64,000 bases of DNA from Bacillota bacterium (GTDB taxonomy: Bacteria > Bacillota > Clostridia > Peptostreptococcales > Anaerovoracaceae). Location of the stretch: NCBI GenBank assembly GCA_017443515.1, contig JAFRXM010000024.1:12031-76030 (forward strand), given 5' to 3'. Position 1 is the stretch's first letter, and every line of letters starts with the position of its first letter. The position numbers and the translations under genes are program-made. The notes beneath the pieces are model-generated. The model was not told where the DNA came from and made no database searches. It saw only the letters and a program-made list of their open reading frames with translations. This document shows positions 27,517-35,832 of this stretch, in pieces.

Positions 27517-28326
27517 TTATTTATTCTGTCCGAACAGGCCCTTGCGGTAGGCCCTGTTGTACTTTCTGCCGCCTTTGTCGTTCATTCGCAGGGCTTCGCA
27601 GGCGTAGAGCATACCCATCATGTCCTGATTCGTGGGGTCCATGATGGCCGAGTCCAGACCTGCCTTAAGCGCGTAGGCAAGGCATGCGGTGTTTACATGC
27701 TTTCTTGCCGGCATGTCGAAGCTGATGTTTGAGATAGCTCCGGTGACTTTGACCTCCGGCGCGTACTCGTGTATGCTCCTTATGCACCAGGCAAAGTCTT
27801 CGAACGCCCCCGGCATGGTGGCAAGCGCCATGACGCAGGGGTCTATATGCAGCTTTGAAAGCGCCACTCCGAAGCGGTCCGCTTTGTCTATGATGCGCTT
27901 TGCGATCTCAAGTTTTTTTTCAGGATCCGCAGGTATGCCGTCCCGGTCGCAGGTAAGTCCCACGACCTCCCAGTCCGTACCTGCTATCAGCGGGAAGATG
28001 GTCTCGCACTTAGTGCCTTCCTCGTTGACAGAATTGACCATGCCGGGCTTTGCGACCTGCCCCTCCCTGATGATCCTCGCAAGGAGCCTGGCATCGGGGC
28101 TGTCTATGCAAAGTCTCACATCTCCTGCGCCCTGCATGACTTCGATGAGCCAGCACATAGCGTCGTACTCAAGCTCCGTGGCGGTGCTTGGCGCGCAGTC
28201 CAGAAAATCAGCGCCGGCCGCAGCCTGAGCCAGTGTGCGCGCCGTTATCAGCTCCGCGTCGCGCGATGCGATAGCTTCCTTTACAGCAGGAATGGCTCCG
28301 TTTATTTTTTCTCCTATAATGATCAT
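27517..28326 (-). CDS. methyltetrahydrofolate:corrinoid methyltransferase (pterin-binding, MT2)
   Basis: MIIIGEKINGAIPAVKEAI...GADFLDC...SVNEE...ISNISFDMP is the pterin-binding barrel pattern. A GGAGG RBS precedes the ATG at 28326. Confidence 0.7.
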   Translation of the reverse strand: MIIIGEKINGAIPAVKEAIASRDAELITARTLAQAAAGADFLDCAPSTATELEYDAMCWLIEVMQGAGDVRLCIDSPDARLLARIIREGQVAKPGMVNSVNEEGTKCETIFPLIAGTDWEVVGLTCDRDGIPADPEKKLEIAKRIIDKADRFGVALSKLHIDPCVMALATMPGAFEDFAWCIRSIHEYAPEVKVTGAISNISFDMPARKHVNTACLAYALKAGLDSAIMDPTNQDMMGMLYACEALRMNDKGGRKYNRAYRKGLFGQNK

Positions 28327-28360
28327 TTGTCCGTCCTCCGCGCCGCTGCGCGCCATCCGA

Positions 28361-28486
28361 TCAGCCGTCCACAAGTATCGTCAGAAGCAGCCTCATGAGC
28401 ATGTTCTTTACAGGCCGCATATACCAGGGGATAATGTCTTTTACAAGTCTGTTGTACCCTTCCGGGTAGCTGGTGTATTTATTCAT
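28361..28486 (-). CDS. candidate 41-aa small protein inside the methyltransferase operon
   Basis: Not in the ORF track. The ATG at 28486 is preceded by GGAGG 6 nt upstream. Sequence: MNKYTSYPEGYNRLVKDIIPWYMRPVKNMLMRLLLTILVDG. It fills an otherwise empty 194-nt gap. Confidence 0.3.
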   Translation of the reverse strand: MNKYTSYPEGYNRLVKDIIPWYMRPVKNMLMRLLLTILVDG

Positions 28487-28520
28487 GATCGACCTCCGAA
28501 ACTCCGTTTCTTCCGCAGTT

Positions 28521-29690
28521 CTACAGTTTATAGTTGTTCACGAACTCACATACCGCAAGCATGTTTTCCGCCTTGGCGTCGTTGCGGTACGAAAGCATCT
28601 TGTTCTCGCTGAAGATAAAGCCGCCGTCCCTGCCCAGTTCGTCGCACAGACGCTTCGCGTAGGCGACGCATTCTTCGGGCGTGCCGTTGGAAAGAAGGTC
28701 CGTAGTCATGCCGCCCATGATAGCGACATTCGGCAGAGCTGCGCGGAACTCGAACGGGTCATCCTGCTCCAGGTGGAAGGTAAGCAGACCCTTCGGGAAG
28801 TCCCTGAAATATTCCGCAAAACGCAGTATGCTGCCCTCCGTGAATATCCTTATATTCATGCCTTTTTCGGCGTACACATCCAGGAGTTTTTTCAGGTACG
28901 GCCAGTAGAAGCGCTCGAACTGCTTCTTGTTCATGACCGTGTGCGCAAGCATCAGAATGGACGAATCGAAGCAGTGCACATCGTCCGGACCTTTGGCCTT
29001 TCTGATCTTTTCGTAGATGGGCTCCATGCGCTCCTTTTCCCAGCGTTCAATGAAAGCGTCCAGAAGATCCGGGCTTCTGCGCATGGCGACCGAAAGCTGC
29101 TGTATGCCCAAAAGGTTGCTCATGAGCTCTTCTGCGGCTGGCACCACAGCGCCTTTCATGGGGTTATTGGGCGACAGCCCGGGCAGGCTGTATCTGTCCA
29201 TGACCTTTGCCATGTGCAGCACGAATTTGGTGTATCTGGTGTACTCGCTGAAGGTCTTTTTCCATGTCTCTTTGCTCTTCTGAGCCCAGCTTTCACCGTA
29301 CTTTTTGGGCAGTATCACTTCCCAGGCGTAGCGCGTCGGGTCGTCCATATACTGCTGCAGCGTCTCCACCGTGCAGTGCGCGTGGTCGTGTATACCCACC
29401 ACCTCTTTGTCGTAATAATAATAGCCGCCCTCCCCGAACGCCTCGGTGACATTGAACTGGTTGCGTATACCTACGTCAAGTATCGCGTCCACCGGGTATT
29501 TGTCCAGGAAGTGCAGCACGCATTTTTCCATGACATCGAAGTTCGTCATAGCCTCGTCCAGGGTGTGCCCCGCGTCGAAGACCTTCCAGGTCACGACGTT
29601 AGCGAAATGCGGGATGCGGTCCGTCTTTCTAAAATTCGCCGCGTCCCTGAAAAGCTTCACTCTGGCAGCCTTCATTTCCTTGCTGTTCAT
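28521..29690 (-). CDS. uroporphyrinogen-decarboxylase-family methyltransferase (substrate:corrinoid, MT1)
   Basis: 389 aa, URO-D/MtaA/MtvB-like. The C-terminus is GGMTTDLLSNGTPEECVAYAKRLCDELGRDGGFIFS. Confidence 0.65.
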   Translation of the reverse strand: MNSKEMKAARVKLFRDAANFRKTDRIPHFANVVTWKVFDAGHTLDEAMTNFDVMEKCVLHFLDKYPVDAILDVGIRNQFNVTEAFGEGGYYYYDKEVVGIHDHAHCTVETLQQYMDDPTRYAWEVILPKKYGESWAQKSKETWKKTFSEYTRYTKFVLHMAKVMDRYSLPGLSPNNPMKGAVVPAAEELMSNLLGIQQLSVAMRRSPDLLDAFIERWEKERMEPIYEKIRKAKGPDDVHCFDSSILMLAHTVMNKKQFERFYWPYLKKLLDVYAEKGMNIRIFTEGSILRFAEYFRDFPKGLLTFHLEQDDPFEFRAALPNVAIMGGMTTDLLSNGTPEECVAYAKRLCDELGRDGGFIFSENKMLSYRNDAKAENMLAVCEFVNNYKL

Positions 29691-29728
29691 CTCACACCTC
29701 CCACTGTGCGCCTCTTTGCGCTGTTATT

Positions 29729-29775
29729 ATGAACAGGTTCATTAAAATTTTAACATTGTCTGCCGGCGGTGTCAA
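29729..29775 (-). promoter_or_regulatory. promoter plus palindromic operator of the methyltransferase operon
   Basis: On the minus strand: TTGACA (29775-29770), a 17-nt spacer, then TAAAAT (29752-29747). The palindrome ATGAAC-CT-GTTCAT (29742-29729) lies across the start-site region. Confidence 0.5.
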
Positions 29776-29817
29776 GAGCACCGGAAATGTGATATAATAA
29801 ATTGAACGGAGGCTTAT

Positions 29818-30291
29818 ATGGAAGGTTTTACTGTTGCTCTGGCGCTCGTGGACGCCATACCCGTACTCCTCTTCGGGGCAAGCATGATACTTCTGGGCTC
29901 GCGGCTTCAGAGCCTGCTGTTTACGGTAGGCGCCATTCTCAGTACCCTGGCTGGCTGCTGCAAGGTGGCATGGAAACTGATACTCGGACTGAAAAAGAAG
30001 GATGTCCGCTGGCTCAACAAGGGCTTCCTTCCTCTGATGGGCGCAGGCTGGCTGCTGATCCTGCTGTCCCTGATATTTCTTAAGTCAGGCGGCGCCGATA
30101 CAAGCTGGGCAAAAGGCCTTATCGCAATGCCCAGCGTACTGCTCCTTGCGCTGTGGGTGATACTGATGCTCTTCATGGTCTGGTACCGCAAGAAGCGCTT
30201 TATAAATGACGACGCGAAGAAGAACTGGACAGCCCAGATCATCAATCTGATAGGTCAGGCAGCCCTGCTGCTTGCTATAGTGCTGGCGTAA
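29818..30291 (+). CDS. small integral membrane protein, function unknown
   Basis: 157 aa with 4-5 hydrophobic helices. An extended -10 TGATATAAT lies at 29790-29798 and a GGAGG RBS is present. Confidence 0.5.
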   Translation: MEGFTVALALVDAIPVLLFGASMILLGSRLQSLLFTVGAILSTLAGCCKVAWKLILGLKKKDVRWLNKGFLPLMGAGWLLILLSLIFLKSGGADTSWAKGLIAMPSVLLLALWVILMLFMVWYRKKRFINDDAKKNWTAQIINLIGQAALLLAIVLA

Positions 30292-30330
30292 AGCCAGCCT
30301 TTTTTATTTCCTGCGCAAACAGAAGACAAA

Positions 30331-30366
30331 ATATCATTTGATATTTTTAATATCATTTGATATAAT
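30331..30366 (+). promoter_or_regulatory. promoter with twin palindromic operators
   Basis: ATATCATTTGATAT occurs twice (30331-30344 and 30350-30363). The -35 TTGATA (30338-30343) lies in copy 1. The -10 TATAAT (30361-30366) overlaps copy 2. The spacer is 17 nt. Confidence 0.6.
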
Positions 30367-30397
30367 CATGTTGTGACGGACGGCGAAAGGAGATATC

Positions 30398-31198
30398 ATG
30401 ACGATCCAGGAAATGCAGCAGAAAAAGAGGGAGCTCGGCATCACCTACGAAAAGCTCGCGGAGCTCTGCGGGCTGGCGCCGATAACGGTGCAGCGCATCA
30501 TAAACGGCACCACGCCAAACCCGCGGCCCTACACAAAAGGCCTTATCGAGATGGCATTCATCAATGCCGAGAGCGCGTCGGGCATAGTTAAGGAGGAGGC
30601 GTTCCAGTACGGCACCACGGTAAAAAAACAGGGGGAATACACAGCCGAGGACTATTTCCGGCTGCCGGACGACCAGCGCTGCGAGCTTATAGACGGGGTG
30701 ATATACGATTTTGCCTCGCCCACGGACAGGCATCAGGATCTTTGCGGAGAACTTTTTTACCAGCTGATGACTTACGTAAAAACAAACGGCGGCAAGTGCA
30801 AGCCCCGGATGGCGCCTTCCGACGTGCACCTGGACAACAAGTCCGTGGTCCAGCCGGATGTGTATATCAGATGCGTGCCAAAAAGCAAAAAAGCCTCGCC
30901 GGAATTTGCGGCAGAGGTGATCTCCCCTTCCACAAGATCGAGGGACTACATAATAAAGCTCAAAAAATACATGGAAAGCGGTGTTCGGGAATACTGGATC
31001 CTGGATCATGACAAAGACCAGATCAGCGTTTACCTGTTCGAAAACGGCGATTTTACGCTTACTCAGTACAGCTTCTCCCAGGCCGTACCAGTAGCCATCT
31101 GGGACGGAAAATGCCAGGTGGATTTCTCAGGAGTTCTGGAAGATATAGCAGAGGCCCAGGACACCCCGGAAGAGGAAGCCGACCCGGGCGAAGAATAA
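30398..31198 (+). CDS. XRE-type HTH fused to a Uma2-family (DUF820) restriction-endonuclease-fold domain
   Basis: N-terminal HTH: ITYEKLAELCGLAPITVQRIINGT. C-terminal Uma2 pattern: YTAEDYFRLPDDQRCELIDGVIY...QPDVYI...AAEVISPST...KLKKYMESGVREYWILD. Confidence 0.65.
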   Translation: MTIQEMQQKKRELGITYEKLAELCGLAPITVQRIINGTTPNPRPYTKGLIEMAFINAESASGIVKEEAFQYGTTVKKQGEYTAEDYFRLPDDQRCELIDGVIYDFASPTDRHQDLCGELFYQLMTYVKTNGGKCKPRMAPSDVHLDNKSVVQPDVYIRCVPKSKKASPEFAAEVISPSTRSRDYIIKLKKYMESGVREYWILDHDKDQISVYLFENGDFTLTQYSFSQAVPVAIWDGKCQVDFSGVLEDIAEAQDTPEEEADPGEE

Positions 31199-31216
31199 CT
31201 GAAAAAACGAAAAAAT

Positions 31217-31277
31217 GGGACGGTTCTGGATTTTCATTTTGGTAATAATTGTCAAAATGAAAATCCAGAACCGTCCC
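31217..31277. repeat. long-stem member of the hairpin repeat family (copy D, two cores), also a bidirectional terminator
   Basis: GGGACGGTTCTGGATTTTCATTTTG (31217-31241) pairs perfectly with CAAAATGAAAATCCAGAACCGTCCC (31253-31277). An A-tract lies upstream and a T-tract downstream. It sits between convergent genes. Confidence 0.85.
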
Positions 31278-31286
31278 CACTTTTCA

Positions 31287-32408
31287 TTATATTATGTCCT
31301 TGAAGGTCTCGATGGCTGTACGCACCTGCTCGTAGTTCACCATCTGCTGGTCGATCTCTACAAGAAGCAGTGGTATTCCGGCAGCGTCCAGAGCGGCCTT
31401 GCCGGGCACGTAGTCGAACTCTTCGGGGTCGCAGAACTTGGTCAGCACCCACAGAACGCCTTCAGCACCGCAGGCCTTAGCGATCTGAACGAGCTGCGCG
31501 TTGCGCTCCTTTTCGGGCTCGTACAGAACGGAAGTGCCTTCTATCTCCGCGAGGCGCTTTGCCATGGCCTTAACCGGGTCTATGGACTCGTCGGCAAGGC
31601 AGCGGAAATCCACAGATTCGTGGGTTATCTGGTCTGCCGCGATGGTAAAGCCGTTGTCCTGCAGTATCCCCAGAAGCTCAGGAGAATCCGCGATTATACC
31701 AGTCGTTACGATCTTCTTTTCGGCCGGCTCTTCGGGAAGCGCCGCAAGCAGCTTATTCAGCTCTGCCAGCATCACAGTGTGCCTGTCCCTTGCCATAAAG
31801 TACCTGGCCTTCAGCACCAGAGCCCTGTCGATTAGGCTTACTGTCTTTGAGTGCGAAGCCGCAAGCTTTGTAAATTCAAGGCATTCGACACGGTTCTCGT
31901 TGTACACCTTGTTGGCCTTTGCCAGCGCCCAGTCGCTTATCTTTACGCCTGCAAGCTCTTCCACCTGGCCGCGGATCTTCTTGATCTGGCTCTCGGTGAA
32001 TTCAACGCCTGCAGCCAGCTTTCTGTTCTGAGCGTAGGCCACGTCGATCACAGGAATGTCCTTTACGCCGTATCTCCAGTTGGCGCCCATGCCCTTAAGA
32101 GAGTCGCAGGTGAGAGGGATCATAACAGCAGACAGGCCCTTAAACTCGCCGCGTATTCCAAGGTCCAGTATGGTGTGGATTATGGAGCAGTAGAATGCCG
32201 GGAAGTACCTTTTGGATTCGGACACCTGGATCTCGGCGCCCCACATTCCGAACGGCACCATGCCTGCCGCATACACCAGCTCTTCCGGCGCGTAGTAAGG
32301 CATAACGCCGACGGCCTTTTTTCCCTCAGCAAGCACAGCATCCAGCTGCGCTCTGGGGTCATTTGCTATTTCAATAAACGCATCCAGCGCTTTTCTTACT
32401 TCACTCAT
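31287..32408 (-). CDS. 2-hydroxyacyl-CoA dehydratase, beta-type subunit (HadC/FldC/HgdB-like)
   Basis: 373 aa: GVMPYYAPEELVYAAGMVPFGMWG...FPAFYCSIIHT...TCDSLKG. Confidence 0.75.
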   Translation of the reverse strand: MSEVRKALDAFIEIANDPRAQLDAVLAEGKKAVGVMPYYAPEELVYAAGMVPFGMWGAEIQVSESKRYFPAFYCSIIHTILDLGIRGEFKGLSAVMIPLTCDSLKGMGANWRYGVKDIPVIDVAYAQNRKLAAGVEFTESQIKKIRGQVEELAGVKISDWALAKANKVYNENRVECLEFTKLAASHSKTVSLIDRALVLKARYFMARDRHTVMLAELNKLLAALPEEPAEKKIVTTGIIADSPELLGILQDNGFTIAADQITHESVDFRCLADESIDPVKAMAKRLAEIEGTSVLYEPEKERNAQLVQIAKACGAEGVLWVLTKFCDPEEFDYVPGKAALDAAGIPLLLVEIDQQMVNYEQVRTAIETFKDII

Positions 32409-33634
32409 TTTGCCGCCTCCGCTTTCTTCTGCTTGTTTGCTTCCATGATCTCCACAAGAGCCTCAACGCGCGTGGTGTACTGCGCCTCGGAGAAGATCAT
32501 CGGGTCGGACTGGTCGCCGTCGAAGGTCATGGTGGGGATGCCTGCCTGCTCGCGGAGCTGCCTTTCCAGCTCGTAGGAGTTTCCGGACCAGCGCTTGCAG
32601 GAACGGTTGATGTGGATGATGGCGCCGTCGACGTGCTTTGCCTTGGCGTCGTCCACTCTCAGCTGAACTTCCTTCTCGAAGCAGTAGGAGTTGGGCACGT
32701 AGGAGTACGCTGCCATGAGCTCGTCCAAATTGCTGTAAAGGAAGCTGAACGCCGGGCCGTAGATGGTGGAGGTGAGGTTTATGCCCCTGCTCTGCAGGGT
32801 CTTGTAGGTTGCCCTAAGGTTTGCCCAGCAGGCAATGCCTTCGAAGAGTATACGGTACTTTTCCTCGCCCTTGAAGGTGGATGTGCCGTTCTTTATGGCC
32901 TCTTCGTACTCGTCGGCCAGGTACTCGAAGGCTTCCGCTGCTTCCTTTGTGCCGCGGCCTACCGTAGCCACAGCCATGGTGTTGAATACGTCGAAGCCGG
33001 AGAACGGGCTGGGCTGCGCGCCCATGCAGCTGATGGCTCTCAGCCACGCCCTGGAAGATCTCTGGGAGACTTCCATAACTTCGTGGAGCTTGTTTAGATC
33101 CATCTTCTTGCCGGTGATCTTTTCGAGCTTGTCTATGCAGTCGTCGAACTGCGCGCGGATGTACTTGATGCGGTCCGCGTCGCAGGTCTTTTCAGTAAGG
33201 TGCGGGATATCTATCATAAGGAGGGGGATGTCCAGCTCCACTGCCAGGTTCTCGTACCATTTCATCATGCAGCCGCAGATGTTGTTGCAGCAGAGCAGGA
33301 AGTCCGGCCGCGGGATCTGTATCTCGGCGCACTCGTTGTACTTAGCGTAGGACATGTTGATCCTCGCGTAGGAGCACAGATCGTTGGAGTAACCAAGCGC
33401 CTCAGCCTCTTCGCACATGCGCTGTCCGCCGCCCTTGGCGCCTACCGCGGCTCCCATGTTCTCGGGATACGCCACCTTGATATCCATTGCCGTGGGTATC
33501 TCCTGCGGGAAGTTGGAGGCACACCAGCCTATCTTCTCGCCTCTGTTCTTTGCGTCCCAGACGTCCTGGGCTATCTTGTCCTGAAGTTCCCTCAGGACCA
33601 CCTTTCCGGGTTTCTTTTCTGTTATTTCTGCCAT
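32405..33634 (-). CDS. 2-hydroxyacyl-CoA dehydratase, alpha-type subunit (HadB/FldB/HgdA-like)
   Basis: 409 aa: GWCASNFPQEIPTAMDIKVAYPEN...DLCSYARINM...CNNICGCMMKWYE. It overlaps neighbouring genes, which suggests translational coupling. Confidence 0.75.
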   Translation of the reverse strand: MAEITEKKPGKVVLRELQDKIAQDVWDAKNRGEKIGWCASNFPQEIPTAMDIKVAYPENMGAAVGAKGGGQRMCEEAEALGYSNDLCSYARINMSYAKYNECAEIQIPRPDFLLCCNNICGCMMKWYENLAVELDIPLLMIDIPHLTEKTCDADRIKYIRAQFDDCIDKLEKITGKKMDLNKLHEVMEVSQRSSRAWLRAISCMGAQPSPFSGFDVFNTMAVATVGRGTKEAAEAFEYLADEYEEAIKNGTSTFKGEEKYRILFEGIACWANLRATYKTLQSRGINLTSTIYGPAFSFLYSNLDELMAAYSYVPNSYCFEKEVQLRVDDAKAKHVDGAIIHINRSCKRWSGNSYELERQLREQAGIPTMTFDGDQSDPMIFSEAQYTTRVEALVEIMEANKQKKAEAAK

Positions 33635-34416
33635 TACTTTACCTTTCCAAAACCGTATATTGCCGCGCCGTAAGCTCCGTTGAGCTGCTGTATGCCGGAC
33701 ACTTTTATGGGTGTGCCGAGTTCTTTTTCAAGCGCTTTTACTACTCCCGCGTTTCTGGCTACGCCGCCTGCCATGTAGACCGGAGGCTTTACGCCAAGCC
33801 TTTTAACAAGAGACGCCGCCTTGACTGCCACCGAGGTGTTGATGCCGCGCACCAGGCTAGGTATATCCACGCCCCTTGAGAGCTGCGATATGACCTCAGA
33901 CTCCGCGAAGACCGTGCATGTGGAGCTGACGCTTATCATGCCTTCGGCCTTTTCGTCGTAGTCCGAAAGCTCTCCGATACCAAGCTCCAGCACCCTGGCC
34001 ATCACCTCGAGGAACCTTCCGGTGCCTGCCGCGCACTTGTCGTTCATGATGAAGTTCTCGAGCCTGCCGTTTTCGCCTATGGTCATGGCTTTCGCGTCCT
34101 GGCCGCCTATGTCTATGACGGTGCGCGCGTCGGGATACATCGAGTGTATGCCAAGGCCGTGCGCGGTGAGCTCGCTTATCGCGAAGTTCGCCTTCTCGAA
34201 GCTGTTCCTGCCGTAGCCGGTGGACGTGATGTTTGCGATACTGTCCTCAGCTGCGCCGGCGTCCTTAAGCGCCGCCTCAAAAGCCCTCGCCGGGCCTGTA
34301 GTCCCGGTGCCCGCGTCGACTATGGAACTTCCGACTATTTCTTTGCCGTTCTTCAGCACCACGCATTTCGACGTGGTGGACCCGACATCGATCCCAAGTG
34401 TAAAAACGTCTGCCAT
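33634..34416 (-). CDS. 2-hydroxyacyl-CoA dehydratase activator ATPase (HadI/FldI/HgdC-like)
   Basis: LGIDVGSTTSKCVVL...IDIGGQDAKA...NDKCAAGTGRFLE...MAGGVARN is the BcrAD/HgdC ASKHA pattern. Confidence 0.85.
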   Translation of the reverse strand: MADVFTLGIDVGSTTSKCVVLKNGKEIVGSSIVDAGTGTTGPARAFEAALKDAGAAEDSIANITSTGYGRNSFEKANFAISELTAHGLGIHSMYPDARTVIDIGGQDAKAMTIGENGRLENFIMNDKCAAGTGRFLEVMARVLELGIGELSDYDEKAEGMISVSSTCTVFAESEVISQLSRGVDIPSLVRGINTSVAVKAASLVKRLGVKPPVYMAGGVARNAGVVKALEKELGTPIKVSGIQQLNGAYGAAIYGFGKVK

Positions 34417-34429
34417 TTTTCAGCCCTCG

Positions 34430-35671
34430 CTATCCGTTAAGCTTCTCCTTAAGATCTTCCCAGGTGTTGTAGACGCCCGCTTCGTGCATCTCTTTGAGTT
34501 CCTCTTCGCTGTAGCCAAGGCTCCTTAAAACCTCCTCGGAGTGCTCGCCCAGAAGCGGTCCGTGTCCGAAGTCCGCAAAGCTGTCGCCGATCTTGACCGG
34601 CTGACGGATGACCTTGATGGTCCTTCCTGTCTTGCAGGGGATCTCCTGGAACACGCCAGTAGCGTTGACCTGCGGGTCTGTGAGGAGCTCTCTGTACTCC
34701 AGGCAGATGGAGTGAGGAATGTCGGCCTCAGTGAAGAGCCTGTCCCACTCGGCGGCGGTCTTCTTGGCGTATTCAGCCTCGAGGATCTCGGTGAACTCCG
34801 CGTAAAGATCGTTTGCCGCGATGCTTTCTATCGTGTAGCGCGGGTTGCCTACAAGATCCGCCCTCCCCAGGGTCTCCAGATACTTGGGAAGCTCCAGGTT
34901 GAAGGCCGGGCAGCAGGTCTGGAAGTACCTGTCGTCGGCTGTTCTGTATGCGTTGTTGAGCGGGTTGTTGAGCTTCTTGTAGGAGATCGGAAAACTCTCG
35001 CCGTATTCGGGGAACTGCTCGGACTGTATCATTACGCCCTGAGCCCAGATGGAGGTGTGCACCAGGGAGGTGGTGACTCTTTCGCCTATTCCGGTCTTCT
35101 GAGCCTTGATGTAGGCTGCCAGAACGCCGCCCACAAGGCCGAAGCCCGCTACGTGGTCGCCAAATCCGGGAACCAGTACGGGAGGACGTCCGTCCTTATC
35201 CCTGAGGGACCCGGAAGCGCCGGCCTTAGCCCAGAAGCAGGTAAAGTCGTAGCCGGGAAGATCCTTTTCAGGGCCTTCATCTCCGTAGCCGGAGCAGTCC
35301 GCGAACACCAGTTTGGGGAACTTAGCGTGAAGGTCTTCGTAGGTGAGGTTCTGCTTTGCCAGCGCCCTCTGCCTCCAGTTGGTGAGGAAGATGTCCGCGT
35401 CCTCAAGGAGCCTGAAGAGGGCTTCCTTGCCCTTCGGATCCTTCATGTTGAGGATGATGCCCTTCTTGCCGCCGTTGTCCAGGTCGAAACTGGTATTTTC
35501 GTAGGGGCTGGGGCTGCGCCACTCGGCTGCCGCTGCGAAGCGGTACGGATCTCCGTTCCTTGCCTCGATCTTTATGACTTCCGCGCCCTGGTCGGCGAGG
35601 AATTTACCTACCGTGGGGACCGCAATAAATGTTGCGAGCTCTACTACTTTAATCCCTTCAAGTGCTTTCAT
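34430..35671 (-). CDS. family III CoA-transferase (HadA/FldA-like)
   Basis: MKALEGIKVVELATFIAVPTVGKFLADQGAEVIKIE...FLTNWR. An AAGGAG RBS precedes the ATG at 35671. The 118 upstream codons of the ORF-track call cross promoter, operator and repeat sequence. Confidence 0.8.
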   Translation of the reverse strand: MKALEGIKVVELATFIAVPTVGKFLADQGAEVIKIEARNGDPYRFAAAAEWRSPSPYENTSFDLDNGGKKGIILNMKDPKGKEALFRLLEDADIFLTNWRQRALAKQNLTYEDLHAKFPKLVFADCSGYGDEGPEKDLPGYDFTCFWAKAGASGSLRDKDGRPPVLVPGFGDHVAGFGLVGGVLAAYIKAQKTGIGERVTTSLVHTSIWAQGVMIQSEQFPEYGESFPISYKKLNNPLNNAYRTADDRYFQTCCPAFNLELPKYLETLGRADLVGNPRYTIESIAANDLYAEFTEILEAEYAKKTAAEWDRLFTEADIPHSICLEYRELLTDPQVNATGVFQEIPCKTGRTIKVIRQPVKIGDSFADFGHGPLLGEHSEEVLRSLGYSEEELKEMHEAGVYNTWEDLKEKLNG

Positions 35672-35707
35672 CGTGTTCTCCTTATTGTGAATATCTGCCG
35701 TTGAGAA

Positions 35708-35757
35708 ATTAGAATCAATTCTAATTTTTATTCTATCTTTTTTTAGAAAAATGTCAA
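35708..35757 (-). promoter_or_regulatory. promoter of the dehydratase operon with operator palindrome 1
   Basis: On the minus strand: TTGACA (35757-35752), a 16-nt spacer, then TAGAAT (35735-35730). The palindrome ATTAGAAT-CA-ATTCTAAT (35708-35725) lies just downstream of the -10. Confidence 0.5.
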
Positions 35758-35776
35758 TGCTTTTTTGCGGAAACGC

Positions 35777-35813
35777 TGGACAAAATTTAAAATCTATATT
35801 AGAATCGATTCTA
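35777..35813 (+). promoter_or_regulatory. promoter of the divergent TetR gene with operator palindrome 2
   Basis: TGGACA (35777-35782), a 17-nt spacer, then TAGAAT (35800-35805). The perfect 14-bp palindrome TAGAATCGATTCTA (35800-35813) overlaps the -10. It has the same half-site as palindrome 1. Confidence 0.5.
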
Positions 35814-35832
35814 GAAAGTTGGTGGAGAGAAG

